Part shown: positions 47,682-57,258 of the stretch, piece after piece
Layout: the number at the start of each line of letters is the position of its first letter
Numbering within the stretch: position 1 is the first letter of the stretch
Notes under the pieces: model-generated
The model's input: only the letters and a program-made list of their open reading frames with translations
What the model was told of the DNA's origin: nothing
Databases searched by the model: none
NCBI GenBank assembly: GCA_046703545.1
Contig: JBJKSX010000053.1
Location: 25,761-89,760 of the forward strand
Length of the DNA stretch: 64,000 nucleotides
Origin: Thermoplasmataceae archaeon
GTDB lineage: Archaea > Thermoplasmatota > Thermoplasmata > Thermoplasmatales > Thermoplasmataceae
Direction of reading: 5' to 3'
Translations under genes and position numbers: made by a program

Positions 47682-48359
47682 TCAGTCTCCCGTTTCCTTT
47701 GATTTTGTCAATACACTGTTCTCGCTCAGTCTGGACAGTATGGCTATGTGTTCCTCTCCAACAGCCTCCCTGACAAACCTGAGACGATTCTTTCTCCTCA
47801 ATACGAGGTTGTTGCTGCAAATCTCCTGTATCTTTGTCTTGGACAGCCCAAGGAGGTCAGAGCCAGGGAAAACATAGTCACAGTTCACATTTTCAGTTGC
47901 CCTCGAAATTTCAACGCCATTGAATTTCAGTGAAGAAAGTGAACCCCCCATAGAAAACATGTAGGATGGGTTGAATCCGAGCTTTGCCTCAGGCGAAGAA
48001 ATTATTGTGTCACAGAGAAGTGCAATTTCGTAGCCCGTGTCAATTGCATCCCCATTCACTATTGCGTTGATAGGCTTTTCCAGAGAGTAAATTACCGAAG
48101 CCAGTGCCCTGAGTGAGCTGAGAAGCTCAGTTGGGTTTTCCCAGTTCCCTATTTCCCGGCAGAAGACCTCGTTCTGCCCCGTTATTGCTATGCTCTTTAT
48201 TGAGGGGTCTATGGATGCTGTACTCAGAGCCATCACCAGCTCGTCTATTGTATTCTTCCGGATTTTCCCTTCGGACGATGAACGGATCACTATGAGCCCT
48301 ATATCCTCCTCTCTCCAGAAGGAGACATCGTCGAAGCCCTTCACTCTGATATCACTCAT
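47682..48359 (-). CDS. Divergent crotonase-fold (enoyl-CoA hydratase/isomerase superfamily-like) protein
   Basis: The pattern 'IDELVMALSTASIDPSIKSIAITGQNEVF' ... 'LEKPINAIVNGDAIDTGYEIALLCDTIISSPEAKLGF' follows the crotonase core, but the usual G-G-G segment is replaced by D-T-G. The start overlaps the cyt b stop by 8 nt. Confidence 0.5.
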   Translation of the reverse strand: MSDIRVKGFDDVSFWREEDIGLIVIRSSSEGKIRKNTIDELVMALSTASIDPSIKSIAITGQNEVFCREIGNWENPTELLSSLRALASVIYSLEKPINAIVNGDAIDTGYEIALLCDTIISSPEAKLGFNPSYMFSMGGSLSSLKFNGVEISRATENVNCDYVFPGSDLLGLSKTKIQEICSNNLVLRRKNRLRFVREAVGEEHIAILSRLSENSVLTKSKETGD

Positions 48360-50025
48360 TGTAGAACGCCGCCCTGTAAACTCTCATGATTGTTCCAGCG
48401 AGTATAAGGACAAACCCTACCCCAATTCCGAATTCAGCATTTGGAACGGCCCCTATTGGGTCCAGCTGGAATATGAGGTACGTGATTATGACAGTCCCTA
48501 CCGCCATAATTCCTGAAAGAACCATTGCTACAGTCTTGCTCATGTGGTATGTGTTCTCGCTCTCTTTCTTCTTTTCGTAATCGCTTGAGAGATTTGCAGA
48601 TTTCATTGTGCCTATGGCCCCGAAAACCATGACTCCGCCGGTGAAAATGGAGGAAACCAGGTTAAGCCCATCTGTGTGCACCAGGCTCACCGTGAAATTC
48701 TGCCCAAAGGAATACACAGCGTATATCATAATGAAGAGGAATATCAGGAAAGATGTTGTGACCTTTCCGGGAGTAACCTTGAATTTCCCCTTTTTGTACA
48801 TCCTTGACAGGAAAGTCACTCCAGCGACAACTATCACAAATGGGGGCAACAGGATTGCGATGACCTCCGAAGTGGGTATCTGGACTCCGGGAGTAAGGGC
48901 TCCCCAGGCTGAAAGAATTATCATGTAAATGATGCCCAGTATCCCGAACGAAGTAACCAGCGGCCTGGAAAGGGGATGAAGGTCATCATTTGTATCAATG
49001 AATGGTAGAAGCAGGAAGTAAACCAGTGGGACTATGCCAAACACTGCTGTGGCTGCAAGGGCTGAAAGAGGCCCAGCTGCACTGAACAGGTTGAAGTCCA
49101 CTGCTTTGTAGACGAAAAGAAGGAACCATGGTGGATAAGCAGGAACGTATGCTGCCAGAGGGCTGCTCGGGGAAACCTGCGGGAATGGGGAGAAAAGTGC
49201 AGGAACATGGGGCAGCAGTGCTATGACTGATGGTATGAGCATCAGCAAACCGAAGCTATACATTGCCAGCTGAGTCATGAACCCGAAGTTGTATGGGTAC
49301 CACTTCTTGTGCTTCTCTTCCTCTGTGTCCACTGCGGGAGCCTTGTGGTTGACGTCCTTGTGTGACGGCATTATTCCATTGGCTTCTGCAAGCCAGAAGT
49401 GGGCACCAAAGAGCAGTCCTATCATGAGAACCAGTATGACATGCCAGGCAAGCATGTGTATGAAGAGGCTTGTTGAAGTCCCATTGCCGAAGAATATGGC
49501 TTCAAGGGAGTTCCCCAGGAATGGTGTTGCCTGAGCTATTCCTCTTCCCACATCTGTGGCATCGAATGAAAGGACGTCTCCCGTCATCGAGTAACCGAAG
49601 AATCCAACACCTATTGTCACTGCAAGAAGAAGAACGCCAATTACCCACTGAAGTTGCCTTGGTTTCTTGTAAGAACCAAAGAAATAATTTCTGTACATAT
49701 GCACATAGATGAGGAATATCATTGCATATGCACCGTAAAGGTGGGTGGTTAGCATGAATGAACCAAACGGAACGGATGCGATTATTGCCTCCGTTGATGC
49801 GTAGGCTTCACTGGGGTTGTAATAAAGAAGCAGGAGCAGGCCGGTGATAATCTGGTACACGAATGCCATGCTTATGAGGGCACCTGTCCAATACCAGATG
49901 CCACCTCTCTTTCTCATGTAGTCCGGAACTTTTTTGAGTGGAAGTTCCTCAATCTTTAGTGGATCTTCACCCAATATCTCACTGGGTTTTGGTATCTTAA
50001 TTAAACTGAATTTGTCTTTAGCCAT
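48352..50025 (-). CDS. Cytochrome b (bc-complex type, long fused form)
   Basis: Two bis-His heme pairs spaced H-x13-H ('THLYGAYAMIFLIYVHMYR' and 'WHVILVLMIGLLFGAHF'). 557 aa with extra C-terminal TM helices. It sits directly downstream of the Rieske gene. Confidence 0.85.
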   Translation of the reverse strand: MAKDKFSLIKIPKPSEILGEDPLKIEELPLKKVPDYMRKRGGIWYWTGALISMAFVYQIITGLLLLLYYNPSEAYASTEAIIASVPFGSFMLTTHLYGAYAMIFLIYVHMYRNYFFGSYKKPRQLQWVIGVLLLAVTIGVGFFGYSMTGDVLSFDATDVGRGIAQATPFLGNSLEAIFFGNGTSTSLFIHMLAWHVILVLMIGLLFGAHFWLAEANGIMPSHKDVNHKAPAVDTEEEKHKKWYPYNFGFMTQLAMYSFGLLMLIPSVIALLPHVPALFSPFPQVSPSSPLAAYVPAYPPWFLLFVYKAVDFNLFSAAGPLSALAATAVFGIVPLVYFLLLPFIDTNDDLHPLSRPLVTSFGILGIIYMIILSAWGALTPGVQIPTSEVIAILLPPFVIVVAGVTFLSRMYKKGKFKVTPGKVTTSFLIFLFIMIYAVYSFGQNFTVSLVHTDGLNLVSSIFTGGVMVFGAIGTMKSANLSSDYEKKKESENTYHMSKTVAMVLSGIMAVGTVIITYLIFQLDPIGAVPNAEFGIGVGFVLILAGTIMRVYRAAFYNE

Positions 50026-50035
50026 TCAAACCACC

Positions 50036-50776
50036 TCATGCTCCTCCCGTGTCAACCGTTGTGACAGGGGTTGTAGTAGTGCCCGAAGGGAATGGTGTTC
50101 CTCCTGAGAGATCACTTGGTTTCCCATAGATTGTGGGCCCTATCATGCTCTTGACACTGTAAGTGTCTGTGGCAGGGTCGAAATCGAGAACCACGTTGGG
50201 AAGAGGCTTGGCTGTAGGTCCGGTGACAACTCCTGCACCCTTTGCAGGATCATAGGTGCTCCCGTGGCAGTTGCAGTGTATGTAACCTGTTGTAAGTTTT
50301 GGAAGTTCTGGATGGCCGGGTATGGAGACCCCGCCAACATAATAATGAATAATTGGGGGAACACAACCCAAATGCTGGCATATTGCACTGAATGAAACCA
50401 TTGAGCCATAAGGCCCTACCCCACCTGGTGATCTGAACGTTCCTCCCGTAGCAGGGACACCAACATTGTGTGAGCCTATCCTCACATCATTGTTGCTCTC
50501 GTCCCCGATCCTGATAAGGAAATTCGGGTCATTGTCAAGTGGGTAATAGAATATGTACGCCTTGGTGCTGTTCACCTTTACATCTGAGGTATGTATCGGC
50601 TGGCCGGTAACATCATCGACTAGTGTCAAAGTTGGAAAAGAACTAAGTCCAGCCGCTGGGGTTATAACATTCTGAACCACGCCCTTAAGAACACCAACGA
50701 CAGCAGCACCGGCAGAAACCACGATCATTGCCTTCAGGAAATTCCGTTTTCCCTGATCTACTGGCTCATCGTCCAT
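50036..50776 (-). CDS. Rieske [2Fe-2S] protein with Tat-like signal anchor
   Basis: Cluster boxes 'CQHLGC' and 'CNCHGSTYD'. The N-terminal 'GKRNFLKAMIVVSAGAAVV' is a KR-variant twin-arginine-like motif. Confidence 0.9.
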   Translation of the reverse strand: MDDEPVDQGKRNFLKAMIVVSAGAAVVGVLKGVVQNVITPAAGLSSFPTLTLVDDVTGQPIHTSDVKVNSTKAYIFYYPLDNDPNFLIRIGDESNNDVRIGSHNVGVPATGGTFRSPGGVGPYGSMVSFSAICQHLGCVPPIIHYYVGGVSIPGHPELPKLTTGYIHCNCHGSTYDPAKGAGVVTGPTAKPLPNVVLDFDPATDTYSVKSMIGPTIYGKPSDLSGGTPFPSGTTTTPVTTVDTGGA

Positions 50777-50932
50777 GACAGATGAATAAGACTACTGTAT
50801 AAGTTTTTTTGGAGGTATCCCTAATTTTCCAATAGTGTATTTATCCTATCCCTAACAGGTGAGGTATAACTCAATGACCAAAGAAATCAGGATATCCAGA
50901 AATCCTAATATACTGGAATCGCATATTATGTT

Positions 50933-51397
50933 ATGGCAGAATCAGAGAAGAACAAAAACAAGACAGAAGAGGAGAAGCAGAACATATCGGTAAAGGGGGT
51001 AAGGAAGGACATTTATTCAAGAGTGCTTAACTTGACACGGGAAACTGGACAGACTCTTGGAGACATAACAAATGAGGCCTACAGGACCTTTCTTTCTGGC
51101 TTGGATGGGGCAGTCCATCTCTCAAAGAACTTTTTTGAGGGGGCAACACAAAGCCACGTAAAGTATGTTGAGAACATAAAATCGCTCACTCTTGAGAAGA
51201 AAGACATTGAGGAATTCCCTGGCAAGGTTGCCTTCAGGAACATGGACACACTGGTACTGAAGGACCTGACTACTGAGGATGTCGAGAAGCACATATCATC
51301 AATATCCAACGTGAAAGTTGTCAAGATACCCAAATCTGTGAGCAAGGCCTCCATAGTCTTGAGATCATCATATATAGATGAAATCCAGGAGATGTGA
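50933..51397 (+). CDS. Hypothetical protein, possible N-terminal ribbon-helix-helix
   Basis: A Lys/Glu-rich tail is followed by 'ISVKGVRKDIYSRVLNLTRETGQTLGDITNEAYRTFL' (strand-helix-helix pattern). The remainder is unassigned. Confidence 0.45.
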   Translation: MAESEKNKNKTEEEKQNISVKGVRKDIYSRVLNLTRETGQTLGDITNEAYRTFLSGLDGAVHLSKNFFEGATQSHVKYVENIKSLTLEKKDIEEFPGKVAFRNMDTLVLKDLTTEDVEKHISSISNVKVVKIPKSVSKASIVLRSSYIDEIQEM

Positions 51398-51459
51398 GAA
51401 TACCGCAAATGCGTGAAAATAATATATCCCATGGGAATACTGAGAACTGCAACCCTGCA

Positions 51460-51532
51460 GGGCTCGTAGTCTAGTGGTTATGATACCGCCCTTACAAGGC
51501 GGTGGTCACCGGTTCAAATCCGGTCGGGCCCA
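51460..51532 (+). tRNA. tRNA-Val (anticodon UAC)
   Basis: A 73-nt cloverleaf folded by hand. Acceptor GGGCUCG/CGGGCCC (one G-U pair); anticodon stem CCGCC/GGCGG with loop CUUACAA; T arm ACCGG-UUCAAAU-CCGGU; discriminator A. No encoded CCA and no intron. Confidence 0.9.
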
Positions 51533-51602
51533 TTAACAAACCACATGGTCAGCCCCCAATGAGATACCAAGATTTTTATATTGCAATATTTTTTTATTTC
51601 CT

Positions 51603-52127
51603 ATGGAAATTATAGGGAGCATCGACAATGCTTTTCATGTTGGAATAGGGCATAATAGCGGCGTTTTTCATCTCATTTTTACAGACCACCAGTTTGTTGC
51701 GGCTCAGGTAATGACTGCCAAGGAAAGGCACAAGAGAATGAGAATTGCACAATACACTCCGCTTGAAGCCGTGAGCCCCATGCTTGGAGCTGTATCCACA
51801 TACAAGGCCGTCAAGAATGAAACAATGGCCATGCTCGAGGACGGAATGGCCAGAGGTATTGAAATAGAGAAAAACCTGGATGGATACATTGGAACTTCAC
51901 CAGCAGGCCTTCTAACCTTGGATTATGAGGCAATCGACAATGCTGAATTCAAGCAGGGCACCAATCTGAGCCTGGCCAGCCTTGAACTTTTCACCCATGG
52001 CAAGAAATGGAAATACCACCTCATCCACAACAATTTTGAAAAAAGTGGGAAACTTGATGAAGACACTCTTCAGCGTTATATGAATACGCTTCAGAATGCA
52101 TTCCAGGAGAAATTGAGCGTCAGATAA
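51603..52127 (+). CDS. Hypothetical protein
   Basis: 174-aa ORF. A TATA-like 'TTTTTATATT' (51573-51582) is centred about 26 nt upstream of the ATG. I recognise no motif. Confidence 0.5.
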   Translation: MEIIGSIDNAFHVGIGHNSGVFHLIFTDHQFVAAQVMTAKERHKRMRIAQYTPLEAVSPMLGAVSTYKAVKNETMAMLEDGMARGIEIEKNLDGYIGTSPAGLLTLDYEAIDNAEFKQGTNLSLASLELFTHGKKWKYHLIHNNFEKSGKLDEDTLQRYMNTLQNAFQEKLSVR

Positions 52128-52145
52128 TCCGAAAGCCAGATTGGC

Positions 52146-52565
52146 CTAGAAGATGCCTTTTGTCAGAACTGCCCTCTGGAATTCCACCAGATGCCTGTGA
52201 GGCCTGTTGACATTCAAAGACATCTTCCCTTTGTAAAACTGCGCTTCAGTCTCATAATCTTTGTGAAATCCAGTTACAAGAAAGGATACCGTCTCTGCAT
52301 CATCAAGGGAAAGGTCCTCGGACAATTCATTGAAGACCCCGAGATTTCCATCATCCATCCTTATTTCTGCAAATCCAAACTTCACGACGTAGCTGTTTCC
52401 TTGTGAAGAGTATTCCACTTCCCCATGTGCTTTTGCATTCTGGAATAGGATTTCTAGTATCTTTTCGGACAGGAGATTAAGTTCCTTGACAGGAGTCTCT
52501 GAGCCAATATCCTGTAAGGATTTTGCCGCATCTTTCTCAAACTTTGACAGGTCTTCTGTATTCAT
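52146..52565 (-). CDS. Hypothetical acidic protein
   Basis: ORF trimmed to ATG 52565 ('MNTEDLSKFEKD...'). I recognise no motif. Confidence 0.4.
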   Translation of the reverse strand: MNTEDLSKFEKDAAKSLQDIGSETPVKELNLLSEKILEILFQNAKAHGEVEYSSQGNSYVVKFGFAEIRMDDGNLGVFNELSEDLSLDDAETVSFLVTGFHKDYETEAQFYKGKMSLNVNRPHRHLVEFQRAVLTKGIF

Positions 52566-52699
52566 GCTCTCATAAGAAAATATGCGGGAGAGATATATAA
52601 TTACCCTTTGCCAACATAAATGATTCAACCCACACTTCATTGTATTTCTTTTTCAAATTAGAGCTCCACTACTTATACTCAGCAGTCCTAGTAAAATAC

Positions 52700-53359
52700 A
52701 TGTTCAGGGACAGGCAGGATGCCGGAAGGAAATTGGCAGCAAGACTGTCGGGGTACAGGGCAGAAAAATGCATTGTCTATGGGCTCCCAAGAGGCGGAGT
52801 GCCGGTGGCGTATGAAATTGCATTGGAACTTAAAAAACCCCTTGAAGCCCTTATTGTAAGGAAGATTGGCTTGCCCGGGCAGGAAGAAGTAGCTCTGGGC
52901 GCCATTACTGAAGGGACTCCACCTGCATTATATTTCAATTCTGACCTGATGAGCCGCTTGGGCATGACCGAAACCTCCGTGAAGGATACGGTTGACAGGA
53001 GAGTGAAGGAGATTTCAGAGATGCAGTACCTCTACCGAGAATCCGGAAAAATGAAGGTTGACGAGGAGGCTGTGGCACTGGTGGTGGATGATGGAATTGC
53101 AACAGGTGCTACAATGAGGGCTGCAGTCAACCTGCTAAAGAGTATCGGCCAGAAGAAGATCGTCATAGCTGTTCCGGTTTCACAGGTGTCGGTCTTGGAA
53201 GAAATGGTTGAGATAGTGGATGAAGTTGTCTGCCTTGAGCCGGTTCTGAACCTTTACGCTGTCGGGGAGTTCTATTATGATTTCTCCCAGGTCTCACATG
53301 AGACGGTCATACAAATGCTCAGGAACAGTGAGGAGCAGCTCATGAATTTGCCTCACTAG
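52700..53359 (+). CDS. Predicted phosphoribosyltransferase (type I PRTase fold, COG1926-like)
   Basis: 'MFRDRQDAGRKLAARL...VYGLPRGGVPVA' and the PRPP loop 'ALVVDDGIATGATMRAA'. The start is trimmed to ATG 52700. Confidence 0.8.
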   Translation: MFRDRQDAGRKLAARLSGYRAEKCIVYGLPRGGVPVAYEIALELKKPLEALIVRKIGLPGQEEVALGAITEGTPPALYFNSDLMSRLGMTETSVKDTVDRRVKEISEMQYLYRESGKMKVDEEAVALVVDDGIATGATMRAAVNLLKSIGQKKIVIAVPVSQVSVLEEMVEIVDEVVCLEPVLNLYAVGEFYYDFSQVSHETVIQMLRNSEEQLMNLPH

Positions 53360-53559
53360 TGGAGAAAAGTCACAAGGACATGCCAGCTTCATTCAAGCCG
53401 GATCCTGTCAGGTTCTTTCCGACAGCCATTCTATTAAAACTTACATTTTTGCATTGTACAGCGAATTTCAAAGTTGACAATTTTACTGGGAGGAATCTCC
53501 TTTTGTTCCGATAAAAAGAAAAATTTTCGATTATTTTAATGGGAAGGGTATTGACAGCC

Positions 53560-53787
53560 TTATGGCTTGTACCCTGGCTTTTTGTAAAGGTTGTCCCAGT
53601 TCCCCTCAATCAGGGGCTTGTAAACCTTTTCAGCCCAATCTTCTTTTTCGACTTCTTCAATGGCTACAGTAACCACTTCGGCCTTGTTTCCAAGTATTGT
53701 GGTGAAATCGTTCACAATGGCGTCAGTAAGTTCCTGTTTCTTCTCTTCAGATTTTCCCGGATATAATCTTATCACTACGTGCGGCAC
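53560..53787 (-). CDS. 4-oxalocrotonate tautomerase-family protein
   Basis: The GTG start is followed by Pro ('(M)PHVVIRLYPGKSEEKKQELTDAIV'), giving the catalytic Pro1. 'GAGGTG' SD lies about 7 nt upstream. Confidence 0.8.
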   Translation of the reverse strand: MPHVVIRLYPGKSEEKKQELTDAIVNDFTTILGNKAEVVTVAIEEVEKEDWAEKVYKPLIEGNWDNLYKKPGYKP

Positions 53788-53938
53788 TTAATTCACCTCA
53801 TTTTTCGTATCTTGGGTTCATTTGAGATGCAGACGGGCCTTATAATTTTGCTTCAAAGAGCCTGCTCAATCTGCCTTCCTATTTCGTTGACCTTGAAATT
53901 GAATCCAATGTTGCACGCAGCTTCTTCAGCCATTGGGC

Positions 53939-56602
53939 TTATCTAATGTCCTGAACTGGATTCGTTCCTTTCGGTGACCTCAAAAGATACCAGAACATCT
54001 TGCGGATTTCTATCCAGAAGGTCGACGCGAGTGAAGCCAGAATGATGAAGAACCAGTCCCAGTTGGTGAGGTAAACTGTATGCAGAATTCCCTGCAGATC
54101 CGGCACCACGGTGATCACGGCAAGTGCCAGAATAACCACTAGGGCCCAGATTGAAAGTATCCTGTTGGAAAGCAGGCCCTTGAACAGGATTGGCTGCTTC
54201 TCTGTTCTGAGGTTGTGGGCCAGGAATATCTGCGCCAGCATCCAGACTGCAAAAGCCGCGGTCTGGGCCCGCACTAATGTGGTACTGGTATAGTAGAGAT
54301 ACAGGTACACAGCTGTCACTGCAATGGATATTGCAACTGCTGCCTGGGTCGTGAAAAGCAAAGTCCCACGGTTGATGAAATTGCGGTCCCTCTTCTTTGA
54401 AGAAAGGCTGAGGAAATCCTTCTCCTCACGCTCATAGAGGAACCCTCCCATAGCCCCCAGATCCATCATCAGTTCCATGACAATGATCTGGATAGGTGAA
54501 AATGGGAAGGGAATCGAGAGGAAGAGCGGAATCGAAAGTATCATCACCAGAGCCAGCTTTATGCTGACCTCGTACACAAGGCTCTTTTTGAGCGTGTAGA
54601 GGATTTTCCTTCCTTCATATACTGCTTCGACTATTGTGGCAAAATTGTCGTCCAGCAGGATCATGTCAGATGCTTCCCTTGCAACATCTGTCCCCCTGAT
54701 TCCCATTGCTATTCCAATTTCGGCATTCTGGAGTGCGGGAGAGTCATTCACTCCATCCCCTGTGACAGCCACGATTTCGTCATTCTTCTGAAGGGTCTTG
54801 ACTATCCTGAATTTGTCTTCCGAGGTTATTCTGGCAAAGACCGAGTGCTCTTTCAATGCCTCGGAGAGTTCTGCGTCATCCATGGCCTCAAGCTGAGATC
54901 CGTTAATCACTTTCCCTGAATTTGAGATGCCAACCTTGTCTGCAATTGCCTTGGCTGTCCTGGGATGGTCCCCCGTAAGCATGATCACGTTTATTCCTGC
55001 TATCTGGCACTGCCTGATGGCTTCTGTAACCTCTGGCCTGGCCGGGTCAACGAAGCTCACCAGCCCCAGGAATGTCAATTCCCTCTCGACATCCTCCCTG
55101 ACCTCTGTGTGCCCCTCCACCTTCCTGTATGCAACAGCAATCACCCTTTCGCCCCTTGAAGTAAGCTCTTCCACCGCTCCGTACAGGGTGTCCCTTTTGG
55201 CCTGGTCAATGGGGGATGGATTCCCTCCTTTTCCCATGATTGAAATTGACCTTTCTATGACAACCTCAGGTGCACCGCCAACATAGATGCAGAATGTATT
55301 GTCTGGCCTCCCGTAAAGGTATGAGGCCAGCTTGATCCTGTTGTCAAAACTGAATTCCTCGAGCAGATCATACGAATTTCTGACGGGATCCAGATCGAGT
55401 CCAGCCTTCCTGGCATACTCATAAACAGAGACCTCCATGGGATCCCTGAAAGTTGTTGGCTCTCCGGGCTTGAGCTCCAGGGTGCCCGTTGCCAGTATTG
55501 AATGCTTCAGGAACTGGCCTCCGGATTCCATGGGGTCTTCAATGAACTCCTCTCCGAAGTACAGGCTGCCCACAGACATTTTGTTCTCTGTGAGTGTTCC
55601 TGTTTTGTCTGTTGCAATGACTGTGACGCTGCCCAGAGTCTCCGCAGCCTTCAGGTCCTTAACCACGGCCTTATGCTTTGCAAGAGTGAATGCCCCAATG
55701 GCAAGCGTTATGGAAATCAGCACGGGCAGTTCTTCAGGTATGGTCGCGAATGCCATGGAGAGGCCTGTAAGAAGCATGTCGTTGAATGTTTGCCCTTGGA
55801 AGTACCCTATGATTGGAAAGATAGCGCTAAATGCGATTGCAAGTGAGGCAAGGACCTTTGTGAGAAAGGTGACAGAGTGTTCAAGTGGAGTTTCTGCCTC
55901 CTCGGATTCCTCCACAAGCCTGGAGATCTTTCCCAGCTCAGTCCTTCCGCCAGTTGCGGTTACCAATAAGCTTGAAGTGCCCTGCACAACGAGCGTTCCC
56001 GAGAAAGCCATGTTGGTGAGGTCTGCTAGCAATCTGCCATCTGGAGGCTTGTCCGAGTCCTTGATGACGGGCAGTGATTCTCCGGTCAGTGAGGACTCAT
56101 CAATTTGAAGGTTGAATGATTCCCACAGCCTTCCATCTGCAGGCACCCTTTCTCCTGCATTTAGTTCAACGACGTCACCAGGCACTATTGCAGAAGTCTT
56201 GACCTTCACAACAGACCCATCCCTCAAAAGCAGGGCAGTCGGTTTCTGCATATCCTTGAGAGCCTCAATTGATTTCTTAGCCCTGCTGACATTTATGGTT
56301 TCTATCAGGACCACCAGGAAGACTATTCCTATAATCACGAATGAATCTGCAACATTCCCAAAAATTGTGTAAAGTACAGCAATTACAATCAGCAGGAGTA
56401 TCATTGGCTCCTTTACCTGGCTGAAAAGCACCTGCAGGATGCTGCTCTTTTCCAGAGTGCCTATCTTGTTTTCACCATATGTCTCCAGGCGCCTGGCCGC
56501 CTCTGCCGAGGAAAGGCCTGACTGCAGATCAGTTTCCAGCCCTGTCTCTAAAGCTTTGAAGTCCTGGGCCGATGCGTCTGCAGAGGAATATTCAGGAGGC
56601 AT
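53939..56602 (-). CDS. P-type cation-transporting ATPase (P2-like; ion specificity not determinable)
   Basis: 'LTGESLP', 'PADGRL', TM4 'IPEELPV', phosphorylation site 'DKTGTLT', hinge 'TGDGVNDSPAL'. About 10 TM helices. Confidence 0.9.
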   Translation of the reverse strand: MPPEYSSADASAQDFKALETGLETDLQSGLSSAEAARRLETYGENKIGTLEKSSILQVLFSQVKEPMILLLIVIAVLYTIFGNVADSFVIIGIVFLVVLIETINVSRAKKSIEALKDMQKPTALLLRDGSVVKVKTSAIVPGDVVELNAGERVPADGRLWESFNLQIDESSLTGESLPVIKDSDKPPDGRLLADLTNMAFSGTLVVQGTSSLLVTATGGRTELGKISRLVEESEEAETPLEHSVTFLTKVLASLAIAFSAIFPIIGYFQGQTFNDMLLTGLSMAFATIPEELPVLISITLAIGAFTLAKHKAVVKDLKAAETLGSVTVIATDKTGTLTENKMSVGSLYFGEEFIEDPMESGGQFLKHSILATGTLELKPGEPTTFRDPMEVSVYEYARKAGLDLDPVRNSYDLLEEFSFDNRIKLASYLYGRPDNTFCIYVGGAPEVVIERSISIMGKGGNPSPIDQAKRDTLYGAVEELTSRGERVIAVAYRKVEGHTEVREDVERELTFLGLVSFVDPARPEVTEAIRQCQIAGINVIMLTGDHPRTAKAIADKVGISNSGKVINGSQLEAMDDAELSEALKEHSVFARITSEDKFRIVKTLQKNDEIVAVTGDGVNDSPALQNAEIGIAMGIRGTDVAREASDMILLDDNFATIVEAVYEGRKILYTLKKSLVYEVSIKLALVMILSIPLFLSIPFPFSPIQIIVMELMMDLGAMGGFLYEREEKDFLSLSSKKRDRNFINRGTLLFTTQAAVAISIAVTAVYLYLYYTSTTLVRAQTAAFAVWMLAQIFLAHNLRTEKQPILFKGLLSNRILSIWALVVILALAVITVVPDLQGILHTVYLTNWDWFFIILASLASTFWIEIRKMFWYLLRSPKGTNPVQDIR

Positions 56603-56709
56603 GCATGCATAGAATGCAGTAGGTTAAAAAAAAATATTCTACTAATTTATTAAGTTGTAGTTGGATGCAACTTCAAAATCTTATTAACACTGTATTTATC
56701 TACCAACAT

Positions 56710-57222
56710 ATGGTTGAAACCAGACCTTCCTGGGATCAGTATTTTATGAGAATGGCATTTCTGGCAGCTTCGAGGGCAAACTGCACAAGGAGGAAGGTTG
56801 GGGCAGTGATCGTGAAGGACAAGAATGTGCTGGCAACCGGATACAACGGCCCCCCGTCAGGCACAGTCCATTGTGATGTCGTGGGATGCATACGCGATGA
56901 TCTGAATGTTCCATCTGGAGAGAGGCATGAATTGTGCCGTGGACTTCACGCAGAGCAGAATGCGATCATTCAGGCCGCTGTTCATGGAGTCAGCATCAAG
57001 GGTGCAAAGATCTATGTGACAACCCATCCGTGCATTGTTTGCTCAAAAATGATCATGAACTCCCAGATAAGTGAAGTTGTATTTGCCCAGGGATACCCAG
57101 ATGAACTGGCTGAACTCATGCTTCTGGAAAGCAATCTGACAAAGAGAAAATTCGAACTGCCTGAAGAGGAAGTCAGAGTAATGCTGGGGGATATCTACTC
57201 AAAGCTTCAGGGCAACGATTAG
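56710..57222 (+). CDS. dCMP deaminase (ComEB-like cytidine/deoxycytidylate deaminase)
   Basis: 'WDQYFM..A...[12 protein letters not shown]', zinc motifs 'HAEQNAI' and 'PCIVCSKMI'. The start is trimmed to ATG 56710. Confidence 0.85.
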   Translation: MVETRPSWDQYFMRMAFLAASRANCTRRKVGAVIVKDKNVLATGYNGPPSGTVHCDVVGCIRDDLNVPSGERHELCRGLHAEQNAIIQAAVHGVSIKGAKIYVTTHPCIVCSKMIMNSQISEVVFAQGYPDELAELMLLESNLTKRKFELPEEEVRVMLGDIYSKLQGND

Positions 57223-57258
57223 CGATCTCTATAAATAACTGACCCCAATCTACCCTTA

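Noticed and set aside
51460-53359. Possible genomic island or integrated element at tRNA-Val
   Set aside because: I found no integrase or recombinase gene, no direct repeat of the tRNA 3' end by eye, and no phage or plasmid genes. The evidence is insufficient.
53360-53609. 79-aa ORF (53370-53609, minus) and a short hairpin (CTGTC-N11-GACAG) in the 200-bp convergent gap between the PRTase and tautomerase genes
   Set aside because: The ORF overlaps the tautomerase 3' end and has no start signals or motifs. The hairpin is only 5 bp. This is most likely plain 3' UTR or terminator space.
53788-53938. Tiny ORFs (26 and 39 codons) between the P-type ATPase and the tautomerase gene
   Set aside because: They have no SD or leaderless TATA spacing and no recognisable motif. 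The region contains the likely tautomerase promoter ('AAATTATAAG' on the minus strand).
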